Assembly (NCBI GenBank): GCA_041650415.1
Contig: JBAZLC010000001.1
Coordinates: forward strand, 66,998-130,997
Length of the DNA stretch: 64,000 nucleotides
From: Minisyncoccota bacterium
GTDB lineage: Bacteria; Patescibacteriota; Minisyncoccia; UBA6257; UBA9933
Direction of reading: 5' to 3'
Part shown: positions 8,932-17,752 of the stretch, in pieces
How the letters are laid out: the number at the start of each line of letters is the position of its first letter
Position numbering within the stretch: position 1 is the first letter of the stretch
Program-made: the position numbers and the translations under genes
Notes under the pieces: model-generated
Told to the model about the DNA's origin: nothing
The model's database searches: none
Seen by the model: only the letters and a program-made list of their open reading frames with translations

Positions 8932-9834
8932 CTAAACCGTTTCCGCGAAAGAACTTTCCTTTGCGAAATAAAAAGCGTTTTCCAGTTCATCTTTGATCGA
9001 TGACTCCAAAACAGCCAATTCAGTTTCGGAAAACAGTTTTTCCGCTAAAAGAAAATTTCTGTATTTTTTAACGGGACAATTTTCAATATCGATCTTATAA
9101 TTCGGACCGACATGATCTGCCCACCTGTTAACCGCGCACTCCACCAAAAAAGGGCCGTTCCCGCGCAAAATATTTTCTTTCGCTCCGGAAAAAGCATTAA
9201 AAACCGCCAAGACGTCTCTTCCGTCAACTTTGCGATTTTTAATAGCGAAGGCTTCGCCTTTTTTGTGGATATTGCCGAACGATTCACGAATGTTGCTTGC
9301 CGAATTCGTAGCAAGGCCGTTGTTTTCACAAACAAAAACCACGGGCAGTTTATGAATCGAAGCGAAGTTGAGGCTTTCATAAAAAACCCCTTCTTCAACG
9401 GCCCCGTCGCCGAAGAACACGACTACAATTCTGCGCGAACCGTCAAGTTTCGCGGCAAAAGCGTCGCCAACGGCAATAGGAATCGTCCCACCGACAATTG
9501 CCGACGTGCCGAAGAAACCGGCCGATTCATCTATTATGTGCATTGAACCGCCTCTGCCTCCGGTGCAACCTACCGCTTTGCCATAAAGCTCCGCAAGCAA
9601 TCGTTTCAAATTTCCTCCACATGCAAGATACGCGGCATGTCCGCGATGCGTGGCGTAAACGTGATCGCCGGCATTCAAACCGGCGCAAACACCGACCGCC
9701 GACGCCTCCTGGCCCAAAGAAAGATGGACCGGACAACGCATTTCCTGTTCGGGATAACGCCTGGCAATCTCTTTTTCCGTTTCCCTGATGAGAACGAGCT
9801 TTTTGAACATTTCCAAAAGAATATTTTCCTTCAC
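8932..9834 (-). CDS. TPP-dependent 2-oxoacid dehydrogenase E1 component, alpha subunit.
   Basis: Thiamine-PP binding region GDGAVEEGVFYESLNFASIHKLPVVFVCENNGLA and the GGRGGSMH motif. GAAGGAGG sits upstream of the GTG at 9834. Confidence 0.8.
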   Translation of the reverse strand: MKENILLEMFKKLVLIRETEKEIARRYPEQEMRCPVHLSLGQEASAVGVCAGLNAGDHVYATHRGHAAYLACGGNLKRLLAELYGKAVGCTGGRGGSMHIIDESAGFFGTSAIVGGTIPIAVGDAFAAKLDGSRRIVVVFFGDGAVEEGVFYESLNFASIHKLPVVFVCENNGLATNSASNIRESFGNIHKKGEAFAIKNRKVDGRDVLAVFNAFSGAKENILRGNGPFLVECAVNRWADHVGPNYKIDIENCPVKKYRNFLLAEKLFSETELAVLESSIKDELENAFYFAKESSFAETV

Positions 9835-9900
9835 GGCAAACACCTCCTTCTAAGATTATTTTTTTGTGTTATGTACTTTTTAGCTTTTACCATAAATTTT

Positions 9901-9938
9901 AAATAAAGTAAAGGGCCGATATATCTCAATCGACCCTT
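9901..9938 (-). terminator. Terminator downstream of the 285-aa radical-SAM gene.
   Basis: Stem agggccgat / atcgaccct (one mismatch) followed by a T-rich run on the minus strand. Confidence 0.45.
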
Positions 9939-9942
9939 AAAA

Positions 9943-10791
9943 CTACTTTATCTCAACCGAGGAATGACCGTATTGTTGAAAACGATCGGTCTTTATTTTG
10001 ACATCGCAAGGATTGCAATGACCAAACCAATCGCACCGCCGAAATTCGTCTTTAATCTGGAACTGCGGATCAAGGATATTCCCTATGGAATTTCTCCGAC
10101 AATAGATATCTGCCGTACATCTGAACACGTCGCCGTTCGGACCGATTATAAGCTCCGTAGTCTTACACAAAACCGTTTTCCTCTTTTCTTTTTTTATCGC
10201 TTCGGGATAACGATATTCGCCGTAGACCTTGCCGTCGTATTCTCCTAAAAATTCTTTTGTGCGGAAATCAATGCCCACTTTCCGGCAAAACCTCTGAGCG
10301 CGCTTTATTTCCGATTTCTGTTCGGGATGCATTACGCCCCATATGCCGATGCTGAATCCCGCATTCTGAAGACACAAAACCTTCTTCATCAAAGAATCTA
10401 AATCCATTTGTTCAGGGTGATAGCTGACGCGGATAGAAGCGTATGGAGCCTCTCTTCTCAATCTTTGAGGGTTGATGTTATCCAAGAAAACCTTTTCATC
10501 GCGAAGATTCGTCAAAACATCAATTGATAATTCTGTTTTGATATTTTTAACGATATCCGCGAAACCTTTGTGAAGCGTCGGCTCTCCTCCTTGAAAAGTT
10601 ATCGGCAAATCAGGCTTTGAAATTATCCTGTTTAAACCGACAGCCCACTCGCTGGCCGACAGATGGTTCCATTTGGAACATTTTGGCTGCAATTCAAAGT
10701 TGTTGATACAAAAACTACAACTTAAATTGCATCTGAAGGTTAAAAAAACGGCGATATAGTTGTAGCTTTCCGGCATCAACAACGATTTCAT
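9943..10791 (-). CDS. Small radical SAM enzyme with a C-terminal auxiliary Cys cluster. Its size and twitch-like architecture resemble BtrN-type dehydrogenases.
   Basis: FRCNLSCSFCIN is a CxxxCxxC motif. C-terminal cysteines (CTADIYC...CDWFGHCNPC). AAAGGAGA lies 9 nt upstream of the ATG at 10791. Confidence 0.75.
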   Translation of the reverse strand: MKSLLMPESYNYIAVFLTFRCNLSCSFCINNFELQPKCSKWNHLSASEWAVGLNRIISKPDLPITFQGGEPTLHKGFADIVKNIKTELSIDVLTNLRDEKVFLDNINPQRLRREAPYASIRVSYHPEQMDLDSLMKKVLCLQNAGFSIGIWGVMHPEQKSEIKRAQRFCRKVGIDFRTKEFLGEYDGKVYGEYRYPEAIKKEKRKTVLCKTTELIIGPNGDVFRCTADIYCRRNSIGNILDPQFQIKDEFRRCDWFGHCNPCDVKIKTDRFQQYGHSSVEIK

Positions 10792-10898
10792 ACAAGTCAC
10801 TCTCCTTTCATTATTAAATTCTAAAAGATCCCATTTACTATTCCTGTTTTTAATAAGGCAAGATTACAATAAATCTCGAAAAAAGTAAAGACTTTATA

Positions 10899-10927
10899 TT
10901 GACAAAATTTAGTAAATATGATAATAT
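10899..10927 (+). promoter_or_regulatory. Sigma70-like promoter for the 411-aa radical-SAM gene.
   Basis: TTGACA, a 17-nt spacer, then TAATAT. GGAGG is 9 nt before the ATG at 10975. Confidence 0.45.
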
Positions 10928-10974
10928 CCCGATAGGTCTTAAAAAACTTCATAAAAAGGAAGGAGGTGATTTTA

Positions 10975-12201
10975 ATGCAAAATGCGAACGTCAAGTTTGA
11001 ATCCAAACACGATTTCACTGCAAAACTGCGCCAACCGTCTTTACTGCCAAATCTGAAAAACTATTTAGACTGGCAGCGATTAGTGCGGGGAGCAAACGCA
11101 AACGGAGGCAAACTGCCGGAAGTACCGGACTGGTTAATGCCCGTATCCATTAACTTGGATCTTACAACGGGCTGCAATTACCGTTGCGTCCACTGCATAG
11201 ACGCAGATATTCTAAACGGAACCAGCCACAACCATGAGACGCTTATGGCATCTCTGGAGAATATGATTAATTGCGGATTGCGTTCCGTAATTATCATCGG
11301 CGGCGGCGAGCCAACGCTTTACGCCAAATTCGAAAATGTCGTGCGCTTTCTTAAAGAACGTGGCGTTCAAGTCGCGATAGTAAGCAACGGTTCACGCAAT
11401 AACGTGATTTTGAACGTTATCGACTGCCTCGACGAGAAAGATTGGGTGCGCTTTTCACTGGACGCCGGAACAAACAACACATTCACAAAAATGCATAGAC
11501 CGAGAAAGATTATCACATTAGATGAAATCTGTTCTTGGGCTCCACGCATCCGCAACCGCAACCCGAAAGTGCCGCTGGGCTTTTCATTCCTGATAACGTG
11601 GGAAGGAAGCAAAAACAGCAATGGCACGAACATCATCCCCAACATCGGCGAAATCGTTGAAGCAACCAGATTGGCCTACGAACACGAATTCAATTACATT
11701 TCTTTTAAGCCGTTCCTGGTCCGCCAAAACGATGCAGAAGTCATGAACCCGGAAACGATGCTGGAGTTTGAACGCACAGTCGCGAACATCAAGTCCGCGA
11801 TTGATGAGGCAAAAAGTTTTGAAAAGGACGGCTTCAAGGTCATCGAAAGCACGAACTTGAAAGTTCTTGAACAAAACACCTGGCGCAATTTTACCTGCCA
11901 GCCAAAAACCTGCCACATACAAGCGTTCAGGCAAGTATTCACGCCGATAGGACTATTCAACTGTCCGGGATACCGCGGGATAGAAAAAGCGCGGATAAAC
12001 GGCGCCAACGCGTACAAAAATCAGGAAGAAATGCAAAAAGCCAGAAACAAAACCGCATATCTTCTGAACAACTTTAACGCGAACTCGGAGTGCGCTAACG
12101 TCACTTGCCTCTTCAATCAGGCTAACCACTGGATAGAAGAGAATATTGGCAACGGCCACAACCTCAAACCTTCCATAGAATCACACGATTACTACTTCTA
12201 A
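10975..12201 (+). CDS. Radical SAM enzyme (411 aa).
   Basis: TGCNYRCVHCID is a CxxxCxxC motif followed by a Gly-rich GGGEPTL SAM-binding motif. Late cysteines (CQPKTCH...CPGY...CANVTC). Confidence 0.8.
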   Translation: MQNANVKFESKHDFTAKLRQPSLLPNLKNYLDWQRLVRGANANGGKLPEVPDWLMPVSINLDLTTGCNYRCVHCIDADILNGTSHNHETLMASLENMINCGLRSVIIIGGGEPTLYAKFENVVRFLKERGVQVAIVSNGSRNNVILNVIDCLDEKDWVRFSLDAGTNNTFTKMHRPRKIITLDEICSWAPRIRNRNPKVPLGFSFLITWEGSKNSNGTNIIPNIGEIVEATRLAYEHEFNYISFKPFLVRQNDAEVMNPETMLEFERTVANIKSAIDEAKSFEKDGFKVIESTNLKVLEQNTWRNFTCQPKTCHIQAFRQVFTPIGLFNCPGYRGIEKARINGANAYKNQEEMQKARNKTAYLLNNFNANSECANVTCLFNQANHWIEENIGNGHNLKPSIESHDYYF

Positions 12202-12202
12202 G

Positions 12203-12252
12203 ACCGCAGTAGGCAATATAGAAATATATTCGTCCTACTGCGGCATTTTTTT
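12203..12252 (+). terminator. Rho-independent terminator. It overlaps the stop codon of the convergent GT9 gene.
   Basis: Stem ccgcagtagg...cctactgcgg followed by TTTTTTT. Confidence 0.6.
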
Positions 12253-13464
12253 ACCGATTAAATTAAAAATTTCAAGACAAATTTCTTTTGGATCTACCAC
12301 ATTAATAGCAGTAACACATTTTTCAAATTTCGGCAGCTTCCTGTAATAATAACCGTCGCAACCAGGCACATTTCTGTTAATAAATACTTTAGAATTTTGG
12401 CCGTAAGGCAGCCAATTCCCGTTTAATTCCGCCGGAGAAAAAACCGCTAATACTTTTATTCCTTCCAAGGCCGCCATGTGCATTAAGCCGGTATTATTTG
12501 AAATCAATAAATTTAACTTTTTAATTATGAATTCCGTTTCCAATAATGAAGTTATTCCGCACAAATTTATAACCGCCACGCTTTTTACTTTAGTTTTTAT
12601 ATATTTGCCTTTTTCAACATCGCCATGCCCGCCAAAAATTACAATCTGGCAACCTTTATAATTTTTTAGAAGAAATTTGATAACTTCAACAAAATTATCC
12701 AACGACCACTGGTTATCTTCATAGCTCGCGCTGGGCATAATGCCAAAAATAAGTTTTGACTTTATTTTATATTTTTCAATGATTTTTAATGCAGATTCTT
12801 TTTTGTCGTTCGGGACCGGCAAATCGTAATTTATTCCTCCGCTAACCGGAATGCCGCAACGTTTCAACAAATTAATCAGCCTATCAACTTCATTATCAAA
12901 TTGGTAAATTTTTGATTGTTCGCTCGCCCATAATTTAATAGTGCTTAATTCGAAACCAACCGTTTTTTTAGCTCCGCATAATTTTAAAAAAATGAAATTC
13001 CTGAATAAATATTTCAACATTATTAATTGCTGGGGCAAATATATCAACAAATCAAACGATTCTGCCCGCATCCTTTGGGAAAAATTATAAGCGCTCTTTA
13101 AGCTGCTTACTTCATCGGCATAATAAACCCATAATTTATCCATAAACGTAGCGCTTTCCAATAGTTCTTTTGCTCCAGGCCGGCCGTAACCGCCGGGAGA
13201 CGTCAATAAAGTAATTTTAGAATAAGGATATGCCTTGCGTATTGCAATAAATGCCGGAATAGAACAAATTATGTCGCCGATATTTCCAATCCTATAAATG
13301 CAAATATTTTTCGGCGAAAGCGGAACTTTTTTAGGCCACAAAAGATTAGATATTAATTTCAGTAAAGAATTAACCGAATCGTAACAAAAACCGATAAAAT
13401 AAGCCCGCATTTTAACCGAAAACGGTTCTTTTTTACTATTATCAGTAAATACTCTCCCTGTCAT
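12235..13464 (-). CDS. Glycosyltransferase family 9 (heptosyltransferase-like).
   Basis: N-terminal IYRIGNIGDIICSIPAFIAIRKAYP and C-terminal ISNNTGLMHMAALEGIKVLAVFSP GT9 motifs. It starts 9 nt after the aminotransferase stop. Confidence 0.75.
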   Translation of the reverse strand: MTGRVFTDNSKKEPFSVKMRAYFIGFCYDSVNSLLKLISNLLWPKKVPLSPKNICIYRIGNIGDIICSIPAFIAIRKAYPYSKITLLTSPGGYGRPGAKELLESATFMDKLWVYYADEVSSLKSAYNFSQRMRAESFDLLIYLPQQLIMLKYLFRNFIFLKLCGAKKTVGFELSTIKLWASEQSKIYQFDNEVDRLINLLKRCGIPVSGGINYDLPVPNDKKESALKIIEKYKIKSKLIFGIMPSASYEDNQWSLDNFVEVIKFLLKNYKGCQIVIFGGHGDVEKGKYIKTKVKSVAVINLCGITSLLETEFIIKKLNLLISNNTGLMHMAALEGIKVLAVFSPAELNGNWLPYGQNSKVFINRNVPGCDGYYYRKLPKFEKCVTAINVVDPKEICLEIFNLIGKKMPQ

Positions 13465-13472
13465 TGTAAGGT

Positions 13473-14819
13473 TTAAAGAAAAGATTCTTGGACTTCTAAA
13501 ATTGATTCCGAGAAAATTTTAATAATTTCGTCTATTTCTTTTTTCGTCACATTGAAAGGCGGAGCGATCATCACCGCATCGCCGTTTACGCCGTCGACAA
13601 ACCCTATACAAAAATACAATATCAACCCTCTTCTTTGAGCCGCTTGCAAAATTTTTTCCACCAGATGCGCATTTCTAGGAAACGGCTTTTTTGTTTTTTT
13701 GTCTTTAACAAATTCCACCGCCATCATCAGTCCCTTTCCGCGAACATCGCCAACAATATCAAATTTTAACAGTGGCTTAAGTTTCGACAAAAGATATTCC
13801 CCATTTTTAGCGCATTCATTGATCAAATTGTATTTTTTGATATATTCCAAAACGATGCTCCCCACTCCGGTCGTAAATGAATTATTTGCATACGTAAATC
13901 CGTGAGAAAAATTTCCACTCCCGTTTTTTATTGTTTTATATATTTTATCATTGCAAAATACCGCCGCTAAAGGCACTATGCCTCCTGAAATTCCTTTAGC
14001 CGCCGTTAAAACATCGGGCTTAATATTAAAATGTTCGCAAGCAAACCATTTACCGGTTCTCCCAAAACCGGTCATAACCTCATCAATAATTAAAAGAATT
14101 CCGTATTTATCGCAAATTTTCCTAATAATTTGGAAATACCCTTTGGGAGGAACGACCGCCCCGGCCGAAGCGCCGACAATCGGTTCAATGATAAGAGCGG
14201 CAATCGTATCCGGATTATTCTTTTTTATTGTTTTTTCAAATTCATAAGCGCAATTAGCGTCGCACCCCCAATTTGTTTTTTTATGCGGGCAACGATAAGA
14301 AGAATATCCCAAGAAAGAAGGAAATTTCAATAAATATGGTTCTGCTATTTTTCGAAAAGCCTCTTTGCCGGTAACGGAAAGCGCTCCCACAGTGGAACCA
14401 TGATAGCTTGGCCAGGTATAAACGATTTTATATCTTTTTTTGTCACCCGCGTCGTAATGATATTGCCTTGCAAGCTTAATGGCAGTTTCAACGGCTTCCG
14501 AACCGCCTGACACGAAATAAACCCTGCTTATTCCTTTAGGTGTGATTTTACAAAGATTTTTAGCGTATTCCTCCATGCGCCTTGTCGTAAACTGCGAAGC
14601 ATGAATAAAACCGGTTTCCGATAATTCCCCAATTTTTTTGCTAAGTTCCTTAACCCCGTGACCGATATTAGCTACTATCGCCCCGCCAACGGCATCAATA
14701 TATTTATTGCCTTTATCGTCATATAAATAAATTCCCTTGCCGCGCACGATAGCCGGATAATCATAGTTCAGCCTTCTATGAAAAACGTTACTTTTTGAAA
14801 TATTAAATTTATGGTTCAT
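13473..14819 (-). CDS. Class III pyridoxal-phosphate-dependent aminotransferase.
   Basis: LIIDEVMTGFGRTGKWFACEHFNIKPDVLTAAKGISGG contains the PLP-binding Lys (AAKG) in a class-III context. The fold is HemL/BioA/GenB-like. Confidence 0.8.
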   Translation of the reverse strand: MNHKFNISKSNVFHRRLNYDYPAIVRGKGIYLYDDKGNKYIDAVGGAIVANIGHGVKELSKKIGELSETGFIHASQFTTRRMEEYAKNLCKITPKGISRVYFVSGGSEAVETAIKLARQYHYDAGDKKRYKIVYTWPSYHGSTVGALSVTGKEAFRKIAEPYLLKFPSFLGYSSYRCPHKKTNWGCDANCAYEFEKTIKKNNPDTIAALIIEPIVGASAGAVVPPKGYFQIIRKICDKYGILLIIDEVMTGFGRTGKWFACEHFNIKPDVLTAAKGISGGIVPLAAVFCNDKIYKTIKNGSGNFSHGFTYANNSFTTGVGSIVLEYIKKYNLINECAKNGEYLLSKLKPLLKFDIVGDVRGKGLMMAVEFVKDKKTKKPFPRNAHLVEKILQAAQRRGLILYFCIGFVDGVNGDAVMIAPPFNVTKKEIDEIIKIFSESILEVQESFL

Positions 14820-14926
14820 AATAAAAAATTTAGTTGATAATGGCTAAATTTATTTTTTTGCGCTCGCTACTATATTCTGTGAAAAAATTCCATTGCTCGA
14901 ACCGGTTTCAATCAATAAATAAATAT

Positions 14927-15571
14927 TTAAAATCGCATTTGTAATTTTTCCCAATACAAAACGATAAACGAGAAAGGTCCGTGCACTACCGGATAAGTGC
15001 CAAAAATTTCTACTTGTTTGAATTTTAAAATCGACAAAAGCTGATTCATGCTTTCTTTTGTAAAAAAAGTTTCATGTGATAAATCTCCAAATGCTATCCT
15101 GCCAAAAAACGGACTTTCAGCGTTTACGGTTTGAATAACTATTAACCCTCCATCTTTTAACGATTTATGAGCCAACTCTAAAATTTTCAAAATTTCTTCT
15201 TTCTTTAAATGCTCAATAAAATCGCGCATAAACAGTAAATCAAATTGTCCATTCTTGTCATTCAAAAACTCACCTGCATCTCCTTGAAATACATTATTTA
15301 TTCCTAATTTTTTAGCAACACTTATCTGCTCTTCGCTAACATCAATGCCAACGGCGTTTTTATATCCTAGTTGCTGAAGCCAATAAACAAATCCCCCATT
15401 GCCGCAACCGATATCGGCAATATTAGCCGATTTATCTTTAGAAATAAACTTCCCGAAATAACTTTGCCAAACAATAAATTGTTTTTTTAAATTATCCAAA
15501 TTTTGAGGACCGTAAAGATTAACGCTGTGCGTTGAAATGTATTTTGAATAAATTTTGTCGCGGTAATCCAT
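14927..15571 (-). CDS. Class I SAM-dependent methyltransferase.
   Basis: Motif I IADIGCGNGGFVYWL, then DVSEEQI and the LLFMRDFIEH motifs. Confidence 0.75.
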   Translation of the reverse strand: MDYRDKIYSKYISTHSVNLYGPQNLDNLKKQFIVWQSYFGKFISKDKSANIADIGCGNGGFVYWLQQLGYKNAVGIDVSEEQISVAKKLGINNVFQGDAGEFLNDKNGQFDLLFMRDFIEHLKKEEILKILELAHKSLKDGGLIVIQTVNAESPFFGRIAFGDLSHETFFTKESMNQLLSILKFKQVEIFGTYPVVHGPFSFIVLYWEKLQMRF

Positions 15572-15601
15572 AATTGCTAAATTTAATATCCAAAATACAA
15601 A

Positions 15602-16186
15602 CTAACCTTCTATTGCTTTTCTGACATTTGAGTCGTCGGGCCAATAATTTAAAATCTCTTCGCCTATCTTTTCCGTATTCTCTTTGTCTCCTTTTAAGCG
15701 ATATAAATCAAACAAATTATAAAGAACCGGCGGGAGATTCGGCCCAATAGTATAAGCTTTTTTAAAATATTCTTCTGATTTCTTATAATCTTCCTCGCTA
15801 CCCGAAAACCTCCAAAGAGTCTCATTAAAAACTCCGCCCATGATAAGATGACGGACATTATTATTGAAAAGATATTTATCTATATAATTTACCAAGAAAC
15901 GCGCCGTTGGTTCCTGAAAACCGGATTGAGTAATTACGCCCAAAATATCCGAAGAGAAAAATTTAACTACTTCTTCCTGACCTATTGGCGAATAAAAATT
16001 AAAAACTCCGCCAACCTGATTTTCAAATTGTTCTGCTGTATAAGTCCTACCTGATTGCATATCTGTTAGAGTATTAATATAAGCCTGTGCTTTTCCCCAC
16101 GGTAAAATTGCGCCTAAAACGATACCTATAATCGTAAGTATTATAAAAATAATAATAATAAACTGTTTTAATAAGATTTTATACAT
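15602..16186 (-). CDS. Membrane-anchored hypothetical protein with a TPR-like C-terminus.
   Basis: N-terminal transmembrane helix (IIIIFIILTIIGIVLGAIL). C-terminal helical-repeat-like sequence (YFKKAYTIGPNLPPVLYNLFDLYRLKGD). The start is uncertain. With the ATG at 16186 it would overlap the upstream gene's stop by 8 nt. Confidence 0.4.
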   Translation of the reverse strand: MYKILLKQFIIIIFIILTIIGIVLGAILPWGKAQAYINTLTDMQSGRTYTAEQFENQVGGVFNFYSPIGQEEVVKFFSSDILGVITQSGFQEPTARFLVNYIDKYLFNNNVRHLIMGGVFNETLWRFSGSEEDYKKSEEYFKKAYTIGPNLPPVLYNLFDLYRLKGDKENTEKIGEEILNYWPDDSNVRKAIEG

Positions 16187-17669
16187 CTTTATTTTTAAAA
16201 TTAGACTTATAAACGGCAAAAGCAAAAAGCAAGAAAAGATTCAAATAAATCGGTGAAACATCAAATAAAACTATACCCTGCACAAGATAAGCTACCGGTA
16301 TAGCAAACATTAAAGCTTTAATTAAAGTAATTTGTTGTTTTGTGTCTGCTTCAACTAATTTATTTTGATTTTTTTCATTTTTATCTATATCAACCAGCGG
16401 CTTTTTAAAAAGAAGATAATAAAATGCAATAAATATTCCCAAATAACTTAACAAACCCAAAATTCCGGTTTCCGCCAAATAATCAAGATAAATATTGTGC
16501 GCCCTATCAAACCAAGCGCCAAAACCAATATTGGGATTAAAATATTTAATATTAAAATGATGATCAAAAACTTGAAGAAAATTTTCCGGTCCCCATCCCA
16601 AAATCGGCCGTTCTTTAAATCCATCTATTGCCATCTTCCAAATAGTTACCCTATCTTGGAAGGTGTTCGCCGAAAGAGAAATGCTTAAAATACGTGAAAC
16701 GCCGGGAACTGATTTTATAACCGGAGTATCTTTAAATTGAACTAAGGTAAAAACTAAAACCACCATTACCGCACCAGCTAAAATAATCCATTTCCGCCAA
16801 CGTTTTGAAGAAAAAGCGAGACAGGCTAAAAAAGCCAACACTGAAGCGATAAGTCCGAGAAATGCTCCTCTTGTGCCTGCCATAAAAAAGACAATTAAAA
16901 GCGCTAATGCCGAAACCCATAAAGCTATTGCGCCATAAGAAAATAATTTATTTTTATATTTTGAAACCAAAAGATAACTTATGTAAAAAAGCGAAAAAAT
17001 AATATAGGCCGCCACATAAGAAGAATTTCCAATTGAACCTTCGAACCTGAATCCCGAATTGGAAAATGCCAAGCCAATAAACGGATGAAACATTTGGTAA
17101 TAAGGACCACCAGTACCACTAAGAATATCTTCTGTTCCTCCAGTTGGAGTATTACGAGTTGTAAAATCGGCATCAACATACTTTAAGCCCGCCGCGACGC
17201 CATAAAGGCTAATTCCAATAGCGCCGATAATCATCATAGTAAAAATTATCCGCCAATCTTTTTCTTTGTCAAAAAGAAGCGCCAAAAGCGCGAAAAAAAT
17301 ATAAAAACATAAAATTTGCAATCCCCCTTCTCCTCTTTCAAAGTTTGACCAAAAAGAATAACTCGGAGAAACCCCAAACAAACACGCCAATAAAAATATT
17401 GCCGCAAAAATCGAAACAGTAATAATTAAAGGGTTTTTTATTAATTGTTTTAAACGACTAATAATTTCATTTACGCCATTTTGATTGAGTAAAACTCCCA
17501 GTAAGAAAAAAATAAACGATAAACCGATTATAGTCCTAAAAAAAACGTATTTACCGACAATAAACGGGAAAAGGGTGGACGGCGTAACAATAATTACCAT
17601 CAATGGGACTAAATACAATAAATATTTAGAAATTTTGAAAGCGTTAAACATAAATATAATTTTATCCAT
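16179..17669 (-). CDS. O-antigen ligase / Wzy_C-family polytopic membrane protein. Candidate O-oligosaccharyltransferase or glycan polymerase.
   Basis: About 12 predicted transmembrane segments. The periplasmic-loop motif GWGPENF...FDRAHNIYLDYLAETGILG matches the Wzy_C signature (conserved H/R). Confidence 0.65.
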   Translation of the reverse strand: MDKIIFMFNAFKISKYLLYLVPLMVIIVTPSTLFPFIVGKYVFFRTIIGLSFIFFLLGVLLNQNGVNEIISRLKQLIKNPLIITVSIFAAIFLLACLFGVSPSYSFWSNFERGEGGLQILCFYIFFALLALLFDKEKDWRIIFTMMIIGAIGISLYGVAAGLKYVDADFTTRNTPTGGTEDILSGTGGPYYQMFHPFIGLAFSNSGFRFEGSIGNSSYVAAYIIFSLFYISYLLVSKYKNKLFSYGAIALWVSALALLIVFFMAGTRGAFLGLIASVLAFLACLAFSSKRWRKWIILAGAVMVVLVFTLVQFKDTPVIKSVPGVSRILSISLSANTFQDRVTIWKMAIDGFKERPILGWGPENFLQVFDHHFNIKYFNPNIGFGAWFDRAHNIYLDYLAETGILGLLSYLGIFIAFYYLLFKKPLVDIDKNEKNQNKLVEADTKQQITLIKALMFAIPVAYLVQGIVLFDVSPIYLNLFLLFAFAVYKSNFKNKDV

Positions 17670-17689
17670 TTAAAAACTAAAAGCAAGAA

Positions 17690-17729
17690 GCGCACAAAAC
17701 AAAAGACCCCTTTCGGGGTCTTTTGCGCG
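17690..17729 (-). terminator. Terminator downstream of the surface-protein gene.
   Basis: aaaagacccc-TTTC-ggggtctttt hairpin with flanking runs. Confidence 0.6.
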
Positions 17730-17752
17730 ATTAATCCATAAAGGACTAAACG

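Noticed and set aside
5428-12201. A RiPP precursor peptide associated with the SPASM radical-SAM enzymes
   Set aside because: No short SD-led ORF with a leader/core organisation occurs in any intergenic gap of the cluster. All spacers are accounted for by promoters and terminators. A sugar or small-molecule substrate is therefore favoured.
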